Positions 47,170 through 59,200 of a stretch of DNA of 64,000 nt are shown in pieces; the stretch's first letter is position 1; each line of letters starts with the position of its first letter. The DNA lies in NCBI GenBank assembly GCA_965240325.2, contig OZ251225.1:1922001-1986000 (forward strand), read 5' to 3'. Origin of the DNA: Rebecca billardiae RCC1528 (taxonomy: Eukaryota; Protista; Haptophyta). Position numbers and translations under genes: made by a program. Under the pieces are notes generated by a model, which saw only the letters and a program-made list of their open reading frames with translations, ran no database searches and was not told where the DNA came from.

Positions 47170-47911
47170 TTTTTTTTTTTTAATTCCCCTTTATAACGGG
47201 CTCCGGGTGATCAGGCTGGCGGCCGAAGCCTCCAGCCCTACCCTGGCCAGCCCCCAACCAACCACCACCCTCACCCAACCTCAAACCACTGGCCGAGACA
47301 CCTAGTGTCTTGACACCACTCCACTGTGGACAGCCCGCCTCCAGAGGGGGCGGGGGTATGCCATTGCCAACAGCATACGAGCCCAACACTGTGGGGTGGT
47401 CCCAGGTACAAGCAGTGTACGGCCTTGCAATTCAAGATCATCGAGTTTGAGCCGAGTCGGCAGCAGGGGCACCCCCTAGGGTGCCCCAGTGTGGGCAGAG
47501 GGCCAGCCACTAGCCGATCCCTGCGCGGGGAAGGGAGCTGAGGGGACTGTCATCGAGCCCAGTAGCTGGGCAGGGGTCTGGGCCACTACTGGCCCTGGCA
47601 GCGAGGCGCCTGTATTTCACTCGTGCAGCTATGGAGGCAGAGGGGGTCATGTCAGACATGTGTGCTACATCGGGCATCAAGTCCGGGCGTGGGCCGCTGT
47701 AGGAAGCAAGCAAAGTGGTGGCGATGGCTAATACGCCTGGGGAGGTGTCGTTCGCTCGCCTCTTCCTGCTGCGCTGTGCAGGGGGTAGCGTGCTCCGCTG
47801 CGGCACATTTGCCTGGCGGGGTGGGCAGTGTCGTTTGGGCGGGGGGCTGTCCTGCTGCGCTTGACTAGGAGGAGGCAGCCCGCAAAGGACCATCAAATAC
47901 CTGGTCCTTTG
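47170..47911 (-). mobile_element. Family B longest copy: polyadenylated, 5'-truncated LINE-like element
   Basis: T-run 47170-47181 is poly(A) on the minus strand; TSD CTGGGACC at 47162-47169 and 47912-47919; degenerate CPCC...C knuckle-like peptide. Confidence 0.78.
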
Positions 47912-49044
47912 CTGGGACCCTGGTCCCTGGACTTTTAACTTGTCATGAGTTGTCAGACAAACCCACGCTGGGCGGCCCCGCGCGGGCACGGCGCGATGGC
48001 GGCCTCACGCGGCGCGCTCGGACGCGCACCCACGGCCGCTGCGGGTGCGCGCGCGAGGTCGGCGCGGCTCAGGACACCTGTGGGCCTCAATCGCGCGCGC
48101 TCCCACCCGACCTCGCCGCCCTCGCCGCGCGCAGGGCCCTGTTACTTTCGACGGGACACGCCCACGAGGCGTGCCCGCCGCGCGAGCGCGCGCGCGCGCG
48201 TGTGCCAGAGGCCCAATTAAGACGAGCCACGGCCTCTGCCCGATGGGCCTAGGTGTTGGCGCGTCGGCGAGCCCCCGCGCGCGACGATCGTCGCGCATAC
48301 TCAGCGGAGATGAGCGGTTTTGTTGCTTGTTGAGCATATTGTTCGAACAGCTCAAATGCACATGTTACCGCATGGCACGTTCTCGGGCACCTGCTGCGTA
48401 GACAGTGCGCTCGACATGTGAGCGATCATCTGCAGGCTCGTGCACATCCCCGCTGATGGCGTGGTGTGGTCTGATGTGGAGCAGGAAGGTGTCCACTGCT
48501 GCACGAAGATGGCCCGGTCATGCTCGGGGCCCGCATCGGCTCCGCCGGCTGGGCGCGGTAGTCACAGAGAGGTCGAGACACAGTGAGCGACGAAGCAGAC
48601 CGCAAGGTATCAGGAGACGCAACGGACGTGCTAGTTCAGAAGTTGATCGAAGCTGCGGATGCGTACACATCCCCGAACTGTGCGACGCGGCGTGCCGGCG
48701 GCGCCGACCCGGACACGCCAGGGCTGTATTGACTGAACCGGTTGCTGGCTGTCACGCGCGTGCGTGCGGCCTGACCGACACCAGCATGGCTCAAGGCGCA
48801 GTAGTGATGTTCATCACTCTCAGGCTCACGCAGAGAAGCGAAAAACGACCGTTGAATACCTCCACGCCGGCCCCGGTCATTGCTTGTCGGCCAGGCCGCA
48901 CTGGCTTATGAGGAGCCGCGCGTCCCAGTCAGCAGGTCTCTGCGCGCAAATCGGGCGGCGAGGGCGTGGGACAAGGCGGCGCGATTGCTGCCATCGGGTC
49001 TTCTCGCCACCAGGAGGCGCCCGCGCACGCCTGTCAAGCTCGTA

Positions 49045-49320
49045 TGCGCCCTAAACTCTTACTCACTCAGTCCGAGTCAGGCCAGTAATGAGTCAAGGCG
49101 AGAGTACCGCGGCACCGCGCTGTTTCATGTTTCAGCATGGCACTCAGTGTTACGACTTGATACCGCCGTACTCGGCCGGTCGGCCCGCGTCAGGCTCACC
49201 CGCCGTGACCGCAGTCCGTACTCCGTTAACGGTGAGCCGTAGAGTGCCGTTGCGACCGGCCGGCCTTGCGCGACGACGACTAGGTGAGCGAGAGTACCTC
49301 GATCAAAAGGAGTCCATCGC
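49045..49320 (+). repeat. Repeat D, copy 1 (near-identical inverted copy at 63491-63768)
   Basis: About 276 bp; only a 2-bp indel seen between copies. Confidence 0.9.
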
Positions 49321-49489
49321 CTATTTCAGCTACTCCCGGAACACACACCTTCCCTCCCACCCGTTCCACGGGGTGTTGTTCCGCCGCCAGGGCGGCGAGG
49401 CGGCCCCGCGACCACGGCTGGTGGCGGCAGGATGGCGAACAGGTGGCGCGTGGCCGACGTGCGACCGAGAGAAGCGTGACTTGGGCGGC

Positions 49490-50465
49490 GCGCGCCGCGC
49501 GGGCGGGATGGCTCGGACACATGCGCGCCTTTGAGCGCCCGGCGACCGCGCGCGCATCGGCTTCCTCCGCCTGCAAGTCGCCCGCGACCGCGGCCGCCGC
49601 CCACTTCGAGTGGGTTGACTGCGCCCGAGTCTGCTCGCCGCCGAGCGCGGGGATGAGTTGAGCGCGGCGCGAGGCGGCGATCGCGATCGGGCGATCGCAT
49701 GTGCCCATCTGCGCCCCATTCGCCACGGCGCGACCGCTTCAGCATGCGTATGTGACCCCACTTGTCCGGGATGTCGGGAGCCGGCGAACATTGTCGGCTA
49801 CCGTGTCCGCGCGCGCCGCGCGCGCGCAAGGCTCGTTCGGATCGGAAACACGTCACAAACGGCATCAGAGCATGCCTATGGCCATGTATTGCCCCGCATG
49901 GGGCCACCAAGGTCATGCCATCCACTGCTCTGCCAGCTTGCACTGTGCGTCAATGCTGACGACAACTTTCTGGTGAGAAGAACTTGCTTAGCAAGTTCTG
50001 TCACAATGGTGTACACGGCATCAGTAGACGTCACATGACGGCAGATGCGGACCAACCGTGCCCATCAGCTTGCGCGGGGAAGACATCACGAGACGCCACG
50101 GAGTGACCTCCGATCCGAACGAGCACTGCGCGCGCGCGGCGCTGGCGGACACGCTGGCCGACAATGTTCGCCCGCTCCCGACATCCCGGACAAGTGGGGT
50201 CACATACGCATGCTGAAGCGGTCGCGCCGTGGCGAAGGGGGCGCAGATGGGCACATGCGATCGCCCGATCGCGATCGCCGCCTCGCGCCGCGCTCAACTC
50301 ATCCCCGCGCTCGGCGGCGAGCAGACTCGGGCGCAGTCAACCCACTCGAAGTGGGCGGCGGCCGCGGTCGCGGGCGACTTGCAGGCGGAGGAAGCCGATG
50401 CGCGCGCGGTCGCCGGGCGCTCAAAGGCGCGCATGTGTCCGAGCCACCCCGCGAGCGCGGCGCGC
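49490..50465. mobile_element. Long inverted repeat (arms ~49490-49846 and ~50109-50465, spacer ~260 bp), older foldback-like element
   Basis: Arms are reverse complements with scattered mismatches; no clear TSD. Confidence 0.8.
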
Positions 50466-50576
50466 AGCGCCGACAGCAACTCATCGACAGCAGAGCGCGT
50501 GGATAGCCGCGACGTCGACGTCGCCCGCCCGCCCCCGCCCCTCCTCAACGGCCGCGCCCCCCGCGTGCTCCCACTG

Positions 50577-50625
50577 TGGTCCGGGAGCTCATAGGTCGTG
50601 TCACGACCTATGAGCTCCCGGACCA
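50577..50625. repeat. Perfect hairpin, 24-bp arms, 1-nt loop
   Basis: TGGTCCGGGAGCTCATAGGTCGTG-T-CACGACCTATGAGCTCCCGGACCA. Confidence 0.95.
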
Positions 50626-50759
50626 TGTCCGAACTAATCGCCTTTCTGGAACGGGTGGCTTAAAGGCAGGTGCGTGTTCCGGGAGCCGTCTGCGCCTTCC
50701 GGACTTTTGTGGCCCCAGCGTGGATTTGTCTGCCGCAAGCCCTACTTGACGTCCACCCT

Positions 50760-52065
50760 TTGCTCGGCGACGCACAACGCCAGCCGGTGCGCTGCGCACA
50801 AGCTGGCCGGCATGGTCGACGTGAGCAGCCGCAAGTGTGGTCACGCCGGCTGCACCACGCAGCCTTACTTTGGCATGCTGGGCGACGCGCGCGCCAGCCG
50901 GTGCGCTGCGCACAAGCTGGCCGGCATGGTCGACGTGAAGAACCCCAAGTGTGATCACGCGGGCTGCACCACGCGGCCTCACTTCGGCATGCCGGGTGAC
51001 GCGCGCGCCAGCCGGTGCGCTACGCACAAGCTGGCCGGCATGGTCGACGTGAGCCACCCCAAGTGTGGTCACACCGGCTGCACCAAGCAGCCTTACTTTG
51101 GCATGCCGGGCGACGCGCGCGCCAGCCGGTGCGCTACGCACAAGCTGGCCGGCATGGTCGACGTGAGCAGCCCCAAGTGTGATCACACCGGCTGCACCAC
51201 GCGGCCTCACTTCGGCATGCCGGGCGACGCGCGCGCCAGCCGGTGCGCTACGCACAAGCTGGCCGGCATGGTCGACGTGAGCCACCCCAAGTGTGGTCAC
51301 ACCGGCTGCACCAAGCAGCCTTACTTTGGCATGCCGGGCGACGCGCGCGCCAGCCGGTGCGCTACGCACAAGCTGGCCGGCATGGTCGACGTGAGCAGCC
51401 CCAAGTGTGATCACACCGGCTGCACCACGAGGCCTTCGTTCGGCATGCCGGGCGACGCGCGCGCCAGCCGGTGCGCTACTCACAAGCTGGCCGGCATGGT
51501 CGACGTGAAGAACCCCACGTGCGGTCACGCCGGCTGCACCAAGCAGCCTTCGTTCGGCATGCCGGGCGACGCGCGCGCCAGCCGGTGCGCTACGCACAAG
51601 CTGGCCGGCATGGTTTTCAGTCGGCTCACCGTCCCCAAGCGCAGGCTGGAGCATGGCACCGGCGACCAGGGCACGCGCGCCGCAAAGCGACGGCACAAAC
51701 ACACCGGCAGCATTGCGGCTGTTTCGGACGCCGCTCCGCAGCTGCCCGCACCGCCGCCGCTCGTCGCAGTCACCATCGTCCGCTGGCGCTTGCCAGATGG
51801 CACGATCCACTCGGTTGACGACGGGGTGGTCGATGATGGTGCCCTTGCCCTGGACGAGCGGCATCAGCGTGGCAATGCAGGTGACGCAATCCGGGCTGCC
51901 CCTGGCAACTGCGACCAGGGACTACCGGCAAGCATCAACACTACCGCTGCGCCAGGACGACCATCATCATCGATGGCGGTGGGGGCAGCACGATGGCAGC
52001 AACCACAGGACATACCTGTGGTGATGGCCAGGAGGGTCCCGGCCCGCGACGCTGCAGGCCGATGA
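50760..52065 (+). CDS. EsV-1-7 cysteine-rich repeat protein (7 full 38-aa repeats); 5' end degenerate, possibly a pseudogene
   Basis: C-x4-C-x3-P-x-FG-x2-G-x5-RC-x2-HK-x2-GMVDV at 114-bp period (50797-51612); first in-frame ATG is inside the repeat array. Confidence 0.8.
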
Positions 52066-52510
52066 AGCCGTGAAGCATGGCTCATCGTGATGATCTCCCG
52101 GCGGCCATCACGACGAGCTTGCGTTCGAGCGAGCGCCGGCATCGGGCCGCCGATTCCGAGACGGCACCGGCCACGGCCGACGCCACCGGCCGTGGTTCTT
52201 CAGCGCGCTCGACTTCACGGCCCTGTTCCGCTCATGTCGACAGGCGCCCCTCCACTCACGGCCGGCAAGGGCTCGCCCACCAAGCTGCTCAAGACCTTAC
52301 CACCGTGGCACCAACTCTGACTGGGACCTGCGAGCCGCACGTCGGCACGCTCGGTAAGCAGCTGCCCATCCAGGAGGCGTGCGCGCTGGCGCAGAAGCAC
52401 AGGTACGACGCGGTGCATCTCGACGTGGACTTCCTGCTCGAGCCCTGGCATAGCGAAGGATGTTGCCAAGACATGCTGCTTAGCCTTGCCATGGTGCTTC
52501 GCCATGACAC

Positions 52511-52586
52511 GCGGTGTCTTTGTGCAGTGTTGGATGGCGTCAATCACGCCTTAACCAAGTGTGCACGTTAAAACATAGTAAACTGT
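52511..52586 (-). mobile_element. Family A terminal segment
   Basis: Reverse complement of the 8588-8649 and 10099-10160 copies, ending TAGTAAACTGT. Confidence 0.8.
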
Positions 52587-53264
52587 GACGACAGAGGTCA
52601 CTCGCAAAGCACCGCGGCCTGTGACGATTCGACTGACGATCGCCGCCGCCGCGGCGGCAAAATTGCGGCAAACCGAGTTGCGCGCTGCGACGGCTGCAAG
52701 CACCCTGCCTTGGCTGATGCGTCGCGCCCGGCCGCCCGCGTGTCAGTTGGTGAACCAAGACTGTTGAACGACAGATGGACTGCAAACTATACCAGCTATA
52801 CTCGCTCCGCCGCCCCTTCCTTGTCGACCGTGAGATGTTTCCGTTGGCGTGCGCTCGCACTGCAGCCTGCATTTGAACGTGGTCACGGCAGGTTGGTGGG
52901 CTGGTTGCTCAGGCCTCCTAGGCGTGGATGACGACAAGGTGCGTACTGTGCGCACCCATGACGCGCGGAAAGGCGTGCACACGCGTCCTCGCGCATCTGG
53001 CAGGCTGCAGTCTTGGCCAAGATGATGAGAACAAGCCTGCCAGTGCCTCGCCACGCGGGCGCAGAGCGCGCAGAGAGATCTGGCTTCTGACCCGTGCTCT
53101 TCAGTGTACCTCGTGTGCATGCGACGACGACGAGGCGGACGAGCGCCGCAACTGGATTCGTGCACTCACCGGTCACCGAGGAGTGCACGAATCGCATTCC
53201 TCACGCACGTGGGGGCCGCCATTGGCCGTGAGAGGTACAAGTACACTGAACGGGGCGTGACTGA

Positions 53265-53405
53265 CAAGGCGCTAGGTGTCTCGGTCAGTGGTTTGAGGTT
53301 TGGTGAGGGTGGTGACAGTACTGGTTGGTTGGGGGCTGGCCAGGGTAGGGATGGAGGCTTCGGCCGCCAGTCTGATCACCCGGAGCCCGTTATAAAGGGG
53401 AATTT
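53265..53405 (+). mobile_element. Family B, short 3'-end copy
   Basis: Matches ~21925-22058 apart from a 9-bp insertion and a few substitutions/small indels. Confidence 0.8.
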
Positions 53406-55781
53406 ATAAGTACGTAGAGACTGACGGCGACGACGCAACGATGACGCCTCCGTTGGCTCGTCTGAGTCTGTCACACTCGCTGGTGGCCGTCAGCGCGCCG
53501 GATGAGACTGCTGCGCGCCGCCGCCGCCGCCGCCGCCGCGGCCGCCGCGGCCGCCGCGGCCGCCGCCACGGTTGCGCGGCGGGCGCGGTCTGCCGCTGCC
53601 GGACGCGGCCGCCGCGGCGCGCGTGCGGCGCCGCGCCCGCGTCGGCAGCGCCCTGGAAGGTGGCCGCCTCCTCGAAGCGGCCGAGCTGGACGGAGAGGAC
53701 GGGCTCTCGGCACAGCGGGCACGGCAAGTCCCTCCCCGCCGCCCTGGCGCGCAGGTCGGCGTAGCACTCGGCGCAGAGGCACTGGTGTCTGCACGGCAGC
53801 AGCAGCGCCTGCAGCACGGGCGCCGCGCGCGCGCGCAGCACCGTGTACTCCTCGAGGCAGACGTGGCACGCGCGCTCGGGCGGCGCGCGCTCGGCGGGCG
53901 GCGGCGGCGGCGCGGAGAGCCCGGCGGCCTCGCTGTGCGCGCCCCAGTCGTGAAGCAGCTTGCTCAGCTGCGCGGCGCTCGGCCGGCGCTCGGGCTCGGC
54001 GAGGGTGAGCTCACGCGCCGCCCACGCCAGCAGTTGCAGCCCGCCGTCGGTTGGCCCGCCCCAGCACGGCACCTCGGCGGCGGCGAGCGCGCAGAGCGCG
54101 CGCGCATCCGGGAGCAGCTGCGCGCGGCGCGCGAGGAGCGGAGGCCGCGCGTGCTGGCACAGCGGTAGCAGCCCGGTGGCCAGCTCGAGCAGCACCACGC
54201 CGAGCGCGTAGCAGTCGGACTGCTCGGAGGCGTGGAGCACCTCCATCGTCATCAGCTCGGGCGGCTGGTACCCCGGCGTGCCCTGCAGCCCGCCGCCCAT
54301 CTGGTTGGTCGCAAGGGTGGGCGCGCGCGCGCCCGGCGCTGCGCCGCCGTCGGCCGCCGCCATCCGCGCGAGCCCGGCGTCGCCGAGCACGGCCTCGCAC
54401 CCGCCGTCGAGCAGCACGTTGAGCGACTTGACGTCCTTGTGCAGCATGCCGCGCTCGTGCATGTGCGCGAGCGCCGAGCTGACACCGCACGCGAGCGCCA
54501 GCCGCCGCCGCGCGTGCAGGTGCTCGCGGCGCCACGCGTCGAGCGCGCCGCCCGGCGCGGCGTCGTGCAGAACGGCGTGCAGCGTGCCGCACATGGCGGT
54601 GGTCACGAGGCACATCGGCCGCCCCGGCTCGGCGGAGTAGGCGAGCAGCCGCAGTACGTGCGGGTGGCAGAGCGCGCTCAGCGCCTGCCGCTCACGCTCA
54701 AACGCGCCGCGCAGCTCGTCAGACTCGGCCCGCTTGACCGCGAGCAGCAGCGGCCGGCCGTCGGGCGAGTGCAGCTGCGCGCCGCGCACGCGCACGCCCG
54801 ACGCGGCAAACACGACGGAGGAGCCGCCGCGGCCGAGCACGCGCGCGGCCGCCCAGTTGGCCGTCGCGCGCGTGAGCTCGTCGTAGGGCACGGGCGCGGG
54901 CTCGGGCGCGATCCCGGCGGCGACCGGCTGCCGCTGCGCCAGCGCGCCGAGCGGGGTGCCGAGCGCAGGCGGCGGCGGCGTCGGCTGCGGCGGCGGCATC
55001 GGCGGCGGCGGCGGCGGCACGTCTGATGCCACCGGGCCTCGGAACAGCTCGGCGCCGCGCACGCCGCCGCCCTCGCGCACGCTGGCCATCGGCGCCGTCG
55101 TCGCCGTCCTCGTCGGCAGGGCAGCGGCGTGTTGGCGCGCTGCCCTCACTTCCTCCGCGCCAAGCACGCGGCGCTCGCCCTCATAGTCGTCGTACGACAG
55201 AAGCACGCGCCCGTCGGGGTAGCTGCGCAGCACGGTGGCGCGGTGCCACGCGCCGTCGCCGTCCGGCGGGTAGAGCGCCTCGACGTGCGTGTTGGCCACC
55301 CAGCCGCCGCCGATGCCGGCTGGCGCTCGCGGCGCCGCCACAGCAAACGGGTGCGGCGCGGCGGGCGGCTGCTGCGGCTGCGGCGCCGCCCCGTGCGCCG
55401 GCGGCACCACCGCATACGGGTGCGGCGCGGCGGGCGGCTGCTGCGGCTGCAGCGGCTGCGGCGGCTGTTGCGCCGCCCCGTGCGCCGGCGGCGCGAGCAC
55501 GCGGTCGCTGAGCAGCGCGGCGGCGGCCTGCTCGACGTCCAGGCCGTGCGCAAAGTACGCCTTCCGGCACTCGTCGAGCGGCCGCCCTGTGAACTCCGCC
55601 AGTCGCTCGAGAGGCGTCGACTGACGGACCTCGGCGGGCGAGGCGGGCGCCGCGCTGCGCTCGACGCGCGTGGCGGCGGCGGCCGCGCGCGGCGTGAGGC
55701 CGGGCTGTGGCGAGAGCGCGTGGTGCGGCGCGCGCGCCTCGGCGTCGGGCCCGAGCGAGGGCCAGTCGCACCCGTCGGACT

Positions 55782-55818
<37 letters not shown>

Positions 55819-56224
55819 GAACTGGAAGCTTGCCGGCGGCTTGGGCGCGGGCGGCGCGGCGGCGCGCTCGGCGGGCGGTGGCGGCATGGCACTCTCGCGC
55901 GCGAGCGCGCGCGCGAGCGCGAGCGTGCGCGCCGCCTCCTCCGCGCGCGCCGCCTTCTCCTTGGCGCGCCTCGCCTCCTCGCGCGCCGCCTCCGCCGCCT
56001 CGCGCCGTCGGCGCGCCTCCGCCTCAGCGAATGCGCGATCCAGACGCTCCGCCTCAACCGCCTCGACGCGCGCGTTCACGGCCGCGCCGGCGTGCAGCAC
56101 GGCAATCGGGAGCCACACGCTCGGCTGCACGCCCGCCGCCTCCGCGCGCGGCTCAAAGTCCGACAGCCACGCAAGCCGCGCGCACGGCACCGCGGCCTGC
56201 CCTCCAGGTCCCTCGTCAGCGCCG

Positions 56225-56274
<50 letters not shown>

Positions 56275-59200
56275 GTTGCCGGGGAGCGAGCCTGGTCCGA
56301 GCTCCATGACGAGGCCGACGAGGTCTGCGGCGGCGTGCGCGTTGGCGGCGCGGAGGAACGCGCGCGTCGCCTCCGGCAGCGCGCCCAGCTCCGCCGCCGA
56401 GCCCGGCCCAGTACGCACGAGCACACGGCCATGCAGCTTGATGCCGCGCGCGCGCGCCGCCGCCTCCGCCTCGGCGCGCCGGTCCGCGTCCGCGCGCGCC
56501 GCCGCCTCGTCCGCGCTCCAGCGCGCGAAGGCGCGCTCGGCGTCGTCGGCCATCTGGCCGAGTCGCGCCCGCTGCTTCGCCCCGAACAGCGCGCCCGCGC
56601 CCGCGCACTCGCGCAGCGCCGCGCTCGGCAGCTGCACGGACGCGTCCTGCGCGATCAGCTGAAACAGCCGGTTGGCGCTGCCTCCCAGCTTGACCAGCTC
56701 GGCGCTCGGATCGTGGTGCGCCTCGAGCATGCGCAGCCAGCCCGCGGCCTCGCCGTCGTGCGCCTTGGCGCGCACGGCGTCGGCGAAGCGCTCCGACGCC
56801 GCCCTCCGCGCGTGCGCCGGCATCCGCTTGCGCACGTCGTACTGCAGCTGCTGCGCGCGTCGCACCGCCACCTCGCACCGGCCGTGCTCCATGTTGCCTG
56901 CGTGCACGCCCGGGTGCTGCGCGTGGAGCGACAGCGCCTCGCGCAGCCGGACGACGCGCTGGTCGAGCTCGCGCTGGAAGGCGTCGAGCGCGTCGACGTC
57001 GCGCGACGCGCCGCCGCGCAGCACCTTTTCGCGCTCCTGCTCCACGAAGCCGCTGAGCTCCTGCCGCGCGGCCGCGAGCCGGTGGCGGGCGGCGCTCTCC
57101 GCTGCCGCGCCTTGCGCAGTCGTCGCGTCGAGGTGCACGATGGCGGCGTTCTCGGACCACTCGGAGGCGGCGAGGGGCGGCGCGTCGTCGGGCGTGGGCG
57201 CGTGCAGCACGTACCGCCAGCGCAGCGCGAACTGCCCCCAGCTGCCCAGCTCGAGCTGCACGCGGTGCTCGCCCGCGCCGGCCGCGCCGCGCGGCCGGTT
57301 CGGCGCGCCCCCGCCACCCGGCAGCTGCACTCGGGGGAAGGTGTGCCATCCGCGCGCCCCCTGCGCGTGCAGGGCCATGAGCTCGGCGGAGAGGACGAGC
57401 GGGGCGCCGCCCGCCGCGCGCTCCGCTGCGCCGCGGAGCTGCGCGAGCTGCGCGTGCTCCACGTGCAGCGCCACGTCGCACAAGTGCAGCTGCTGCTGCT
57501 GCGGCTGCGGCTGCGGATGCGGATGCCGAGCGCCGCGGCTGCTGCCAGCGGAGCCGCCGACGCCGAGCGCCGTGGCCGGCGGCGCGGACGAGCCCCCCGC
57601 GGCGGCGGCGGCGTGCACCGCCTCCGCCTCGCGCCGCACGCCCTCCGCCTCGCCCGCCGCGCCGCGCAGCGCCGCCGCCGCCACCTCGGCCTCCGCGAGG
57701 GCCGCGCGCGTGCGGGCTACTCGCTTTGTGGCGGCACTCGCCTCCGCCTCCGCCGCGCGCGCGTCCTTGAGCGCGGCGGCGTGCGCGGCGTGCGCGTCGC
57801 GCGCTTCGCGCTGCGCGGCGGCGAGCAGCCCGCCCGGCGCGCGCAGCCGCTCCGCCGCCGCGCGCCCCTCCGCCACGAGCCGCTCCGACTCGGCGAGCGA
57901 CTCGACGGAGGCCGCGCGCAGCTGCTGCATGCGCGCACGCGCTCTCTCAAGCGCCTTCGAGCGCAGCCGCTCCGCCTCGGCGGCGGTGTGCGCGGTGCGC
58001 TGCGTGAGGTGCACGCGGCGGAGGAGGGAGGAGAGCACGCCGCCGCCCGCCAGCCACTCCGACGGCTCGCTCGCCTCCAGCCGCTCCACCTCGTCCGCCG
58101 CCGCGTCCGCGTCGATGCGAGCGCGCGCGCACTCGTCGACGTGGGGCGCGGCGCGCTTCGTCGCCTCGCGCTCGATCGACTTCGCCTCGGCCTCGGCGCG
58201 CTGGCGGAGCGCGTCGGAGTCGCCCTCCTCACCGAGCTCCGTCACGCGCGCCGTCGCCTCGTCCGCCGCCACGCCCGCGCGCGCCGCGCCCGCCCGCGCC
58301 TCGTCCAGCCGAGACGTGGCCGCGTCCGCGGAAGCGGCCGCGCTCGCGGCCGCGCCGTGCGCGCGCCGCGCGGCCGCGGCCGCATCGTCCGCCGCCTTGG
58401 AAATCGCCGTGCTCTCCGCCGCGGCGTCGAGCGCGGCGCGGCGCGTGAGCGCCGTCGCGCTGCGCCGTTGCTCCTCCGCCGCCGCGAGCGCGCGCACGCT
58501 CGCGCCGCCGCCGCTCTCGTCGTCGCCGTCGGCAGCGTCGGCGTCGGCGTCGGCGTCGGCGGCGCCCGCGTCCGCGGCGCCCGTGTGTGCGCGCGCGCGA
58601 TGAGCCAGCAAGCGCACGCACCCCACGCGCGCGCCGCCGTCGTTGGCGCGCGCAGGGTCGGGCGTGTACGCGAGCACGCCGTCGATCCGCGCGGGCGCGG
58701 GCCGCGCCGCGCCCGCCGCCACCTCCGTGAACGCCGCCATCGCGCCCTCCGCGCCGCCGCCCTCGCCGCGCGCGCGCAGCCAGTCCTTGGAGCAGCGGCT
58801 GAGCAGCTGCGCGCGCGCGGGCGCACCCTGCGCGCGGCCCGCGCGCAGCTCGGCGTGCAGCGCGGTGAGCATGGCGACGAGGTAGTCGTGCCGCGCGCCC
58901 TCGTCCGAGAGCCTGTCCCGCGCGTCCGTGAACAGCACGAACGCGCCCTTCTCGCCGCCCTTATCTGGGTGTAGGCCTTGTGCGGACGCGCGCCGCGAGT
59001 GCTTGTCGAGCAAGCTGACGAGCGCCGCATTGCCGCCGTGCTCGGCGCCCTCGGCGTCGGCGAGGGCGGAGAGGAGGTGGGCATGCTCCGCGCAGCACGC
59101 GTGCACGCCCGCGTCAAGCCGCCGCAGCTCGCTGGGCGGCAGCACCTTCGCCGCGCCGCGCGCCGCACCTTGCAGCTCCTCGGTGCATGAGAGCACCGCG

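Noticed and set aside
49049-49055. CCCTAAA as telomeric sequence
   Set aside because: Single unit only; no array
50797-51612. CRISPR-like repeat-spacer array
   Set aside because: In-frame 114-bp coding repeats without unique spacers; no cas genes; eukaryotic context
55129-58974. Long overlapping plus-strand ORFs (also 25337-27970, 28211-29815, and minus-strand 14411-16075, 23293-24855)
   Set aside because: Expected stop-poor antisense frames of very GC-rich genes; no recognisable motifs
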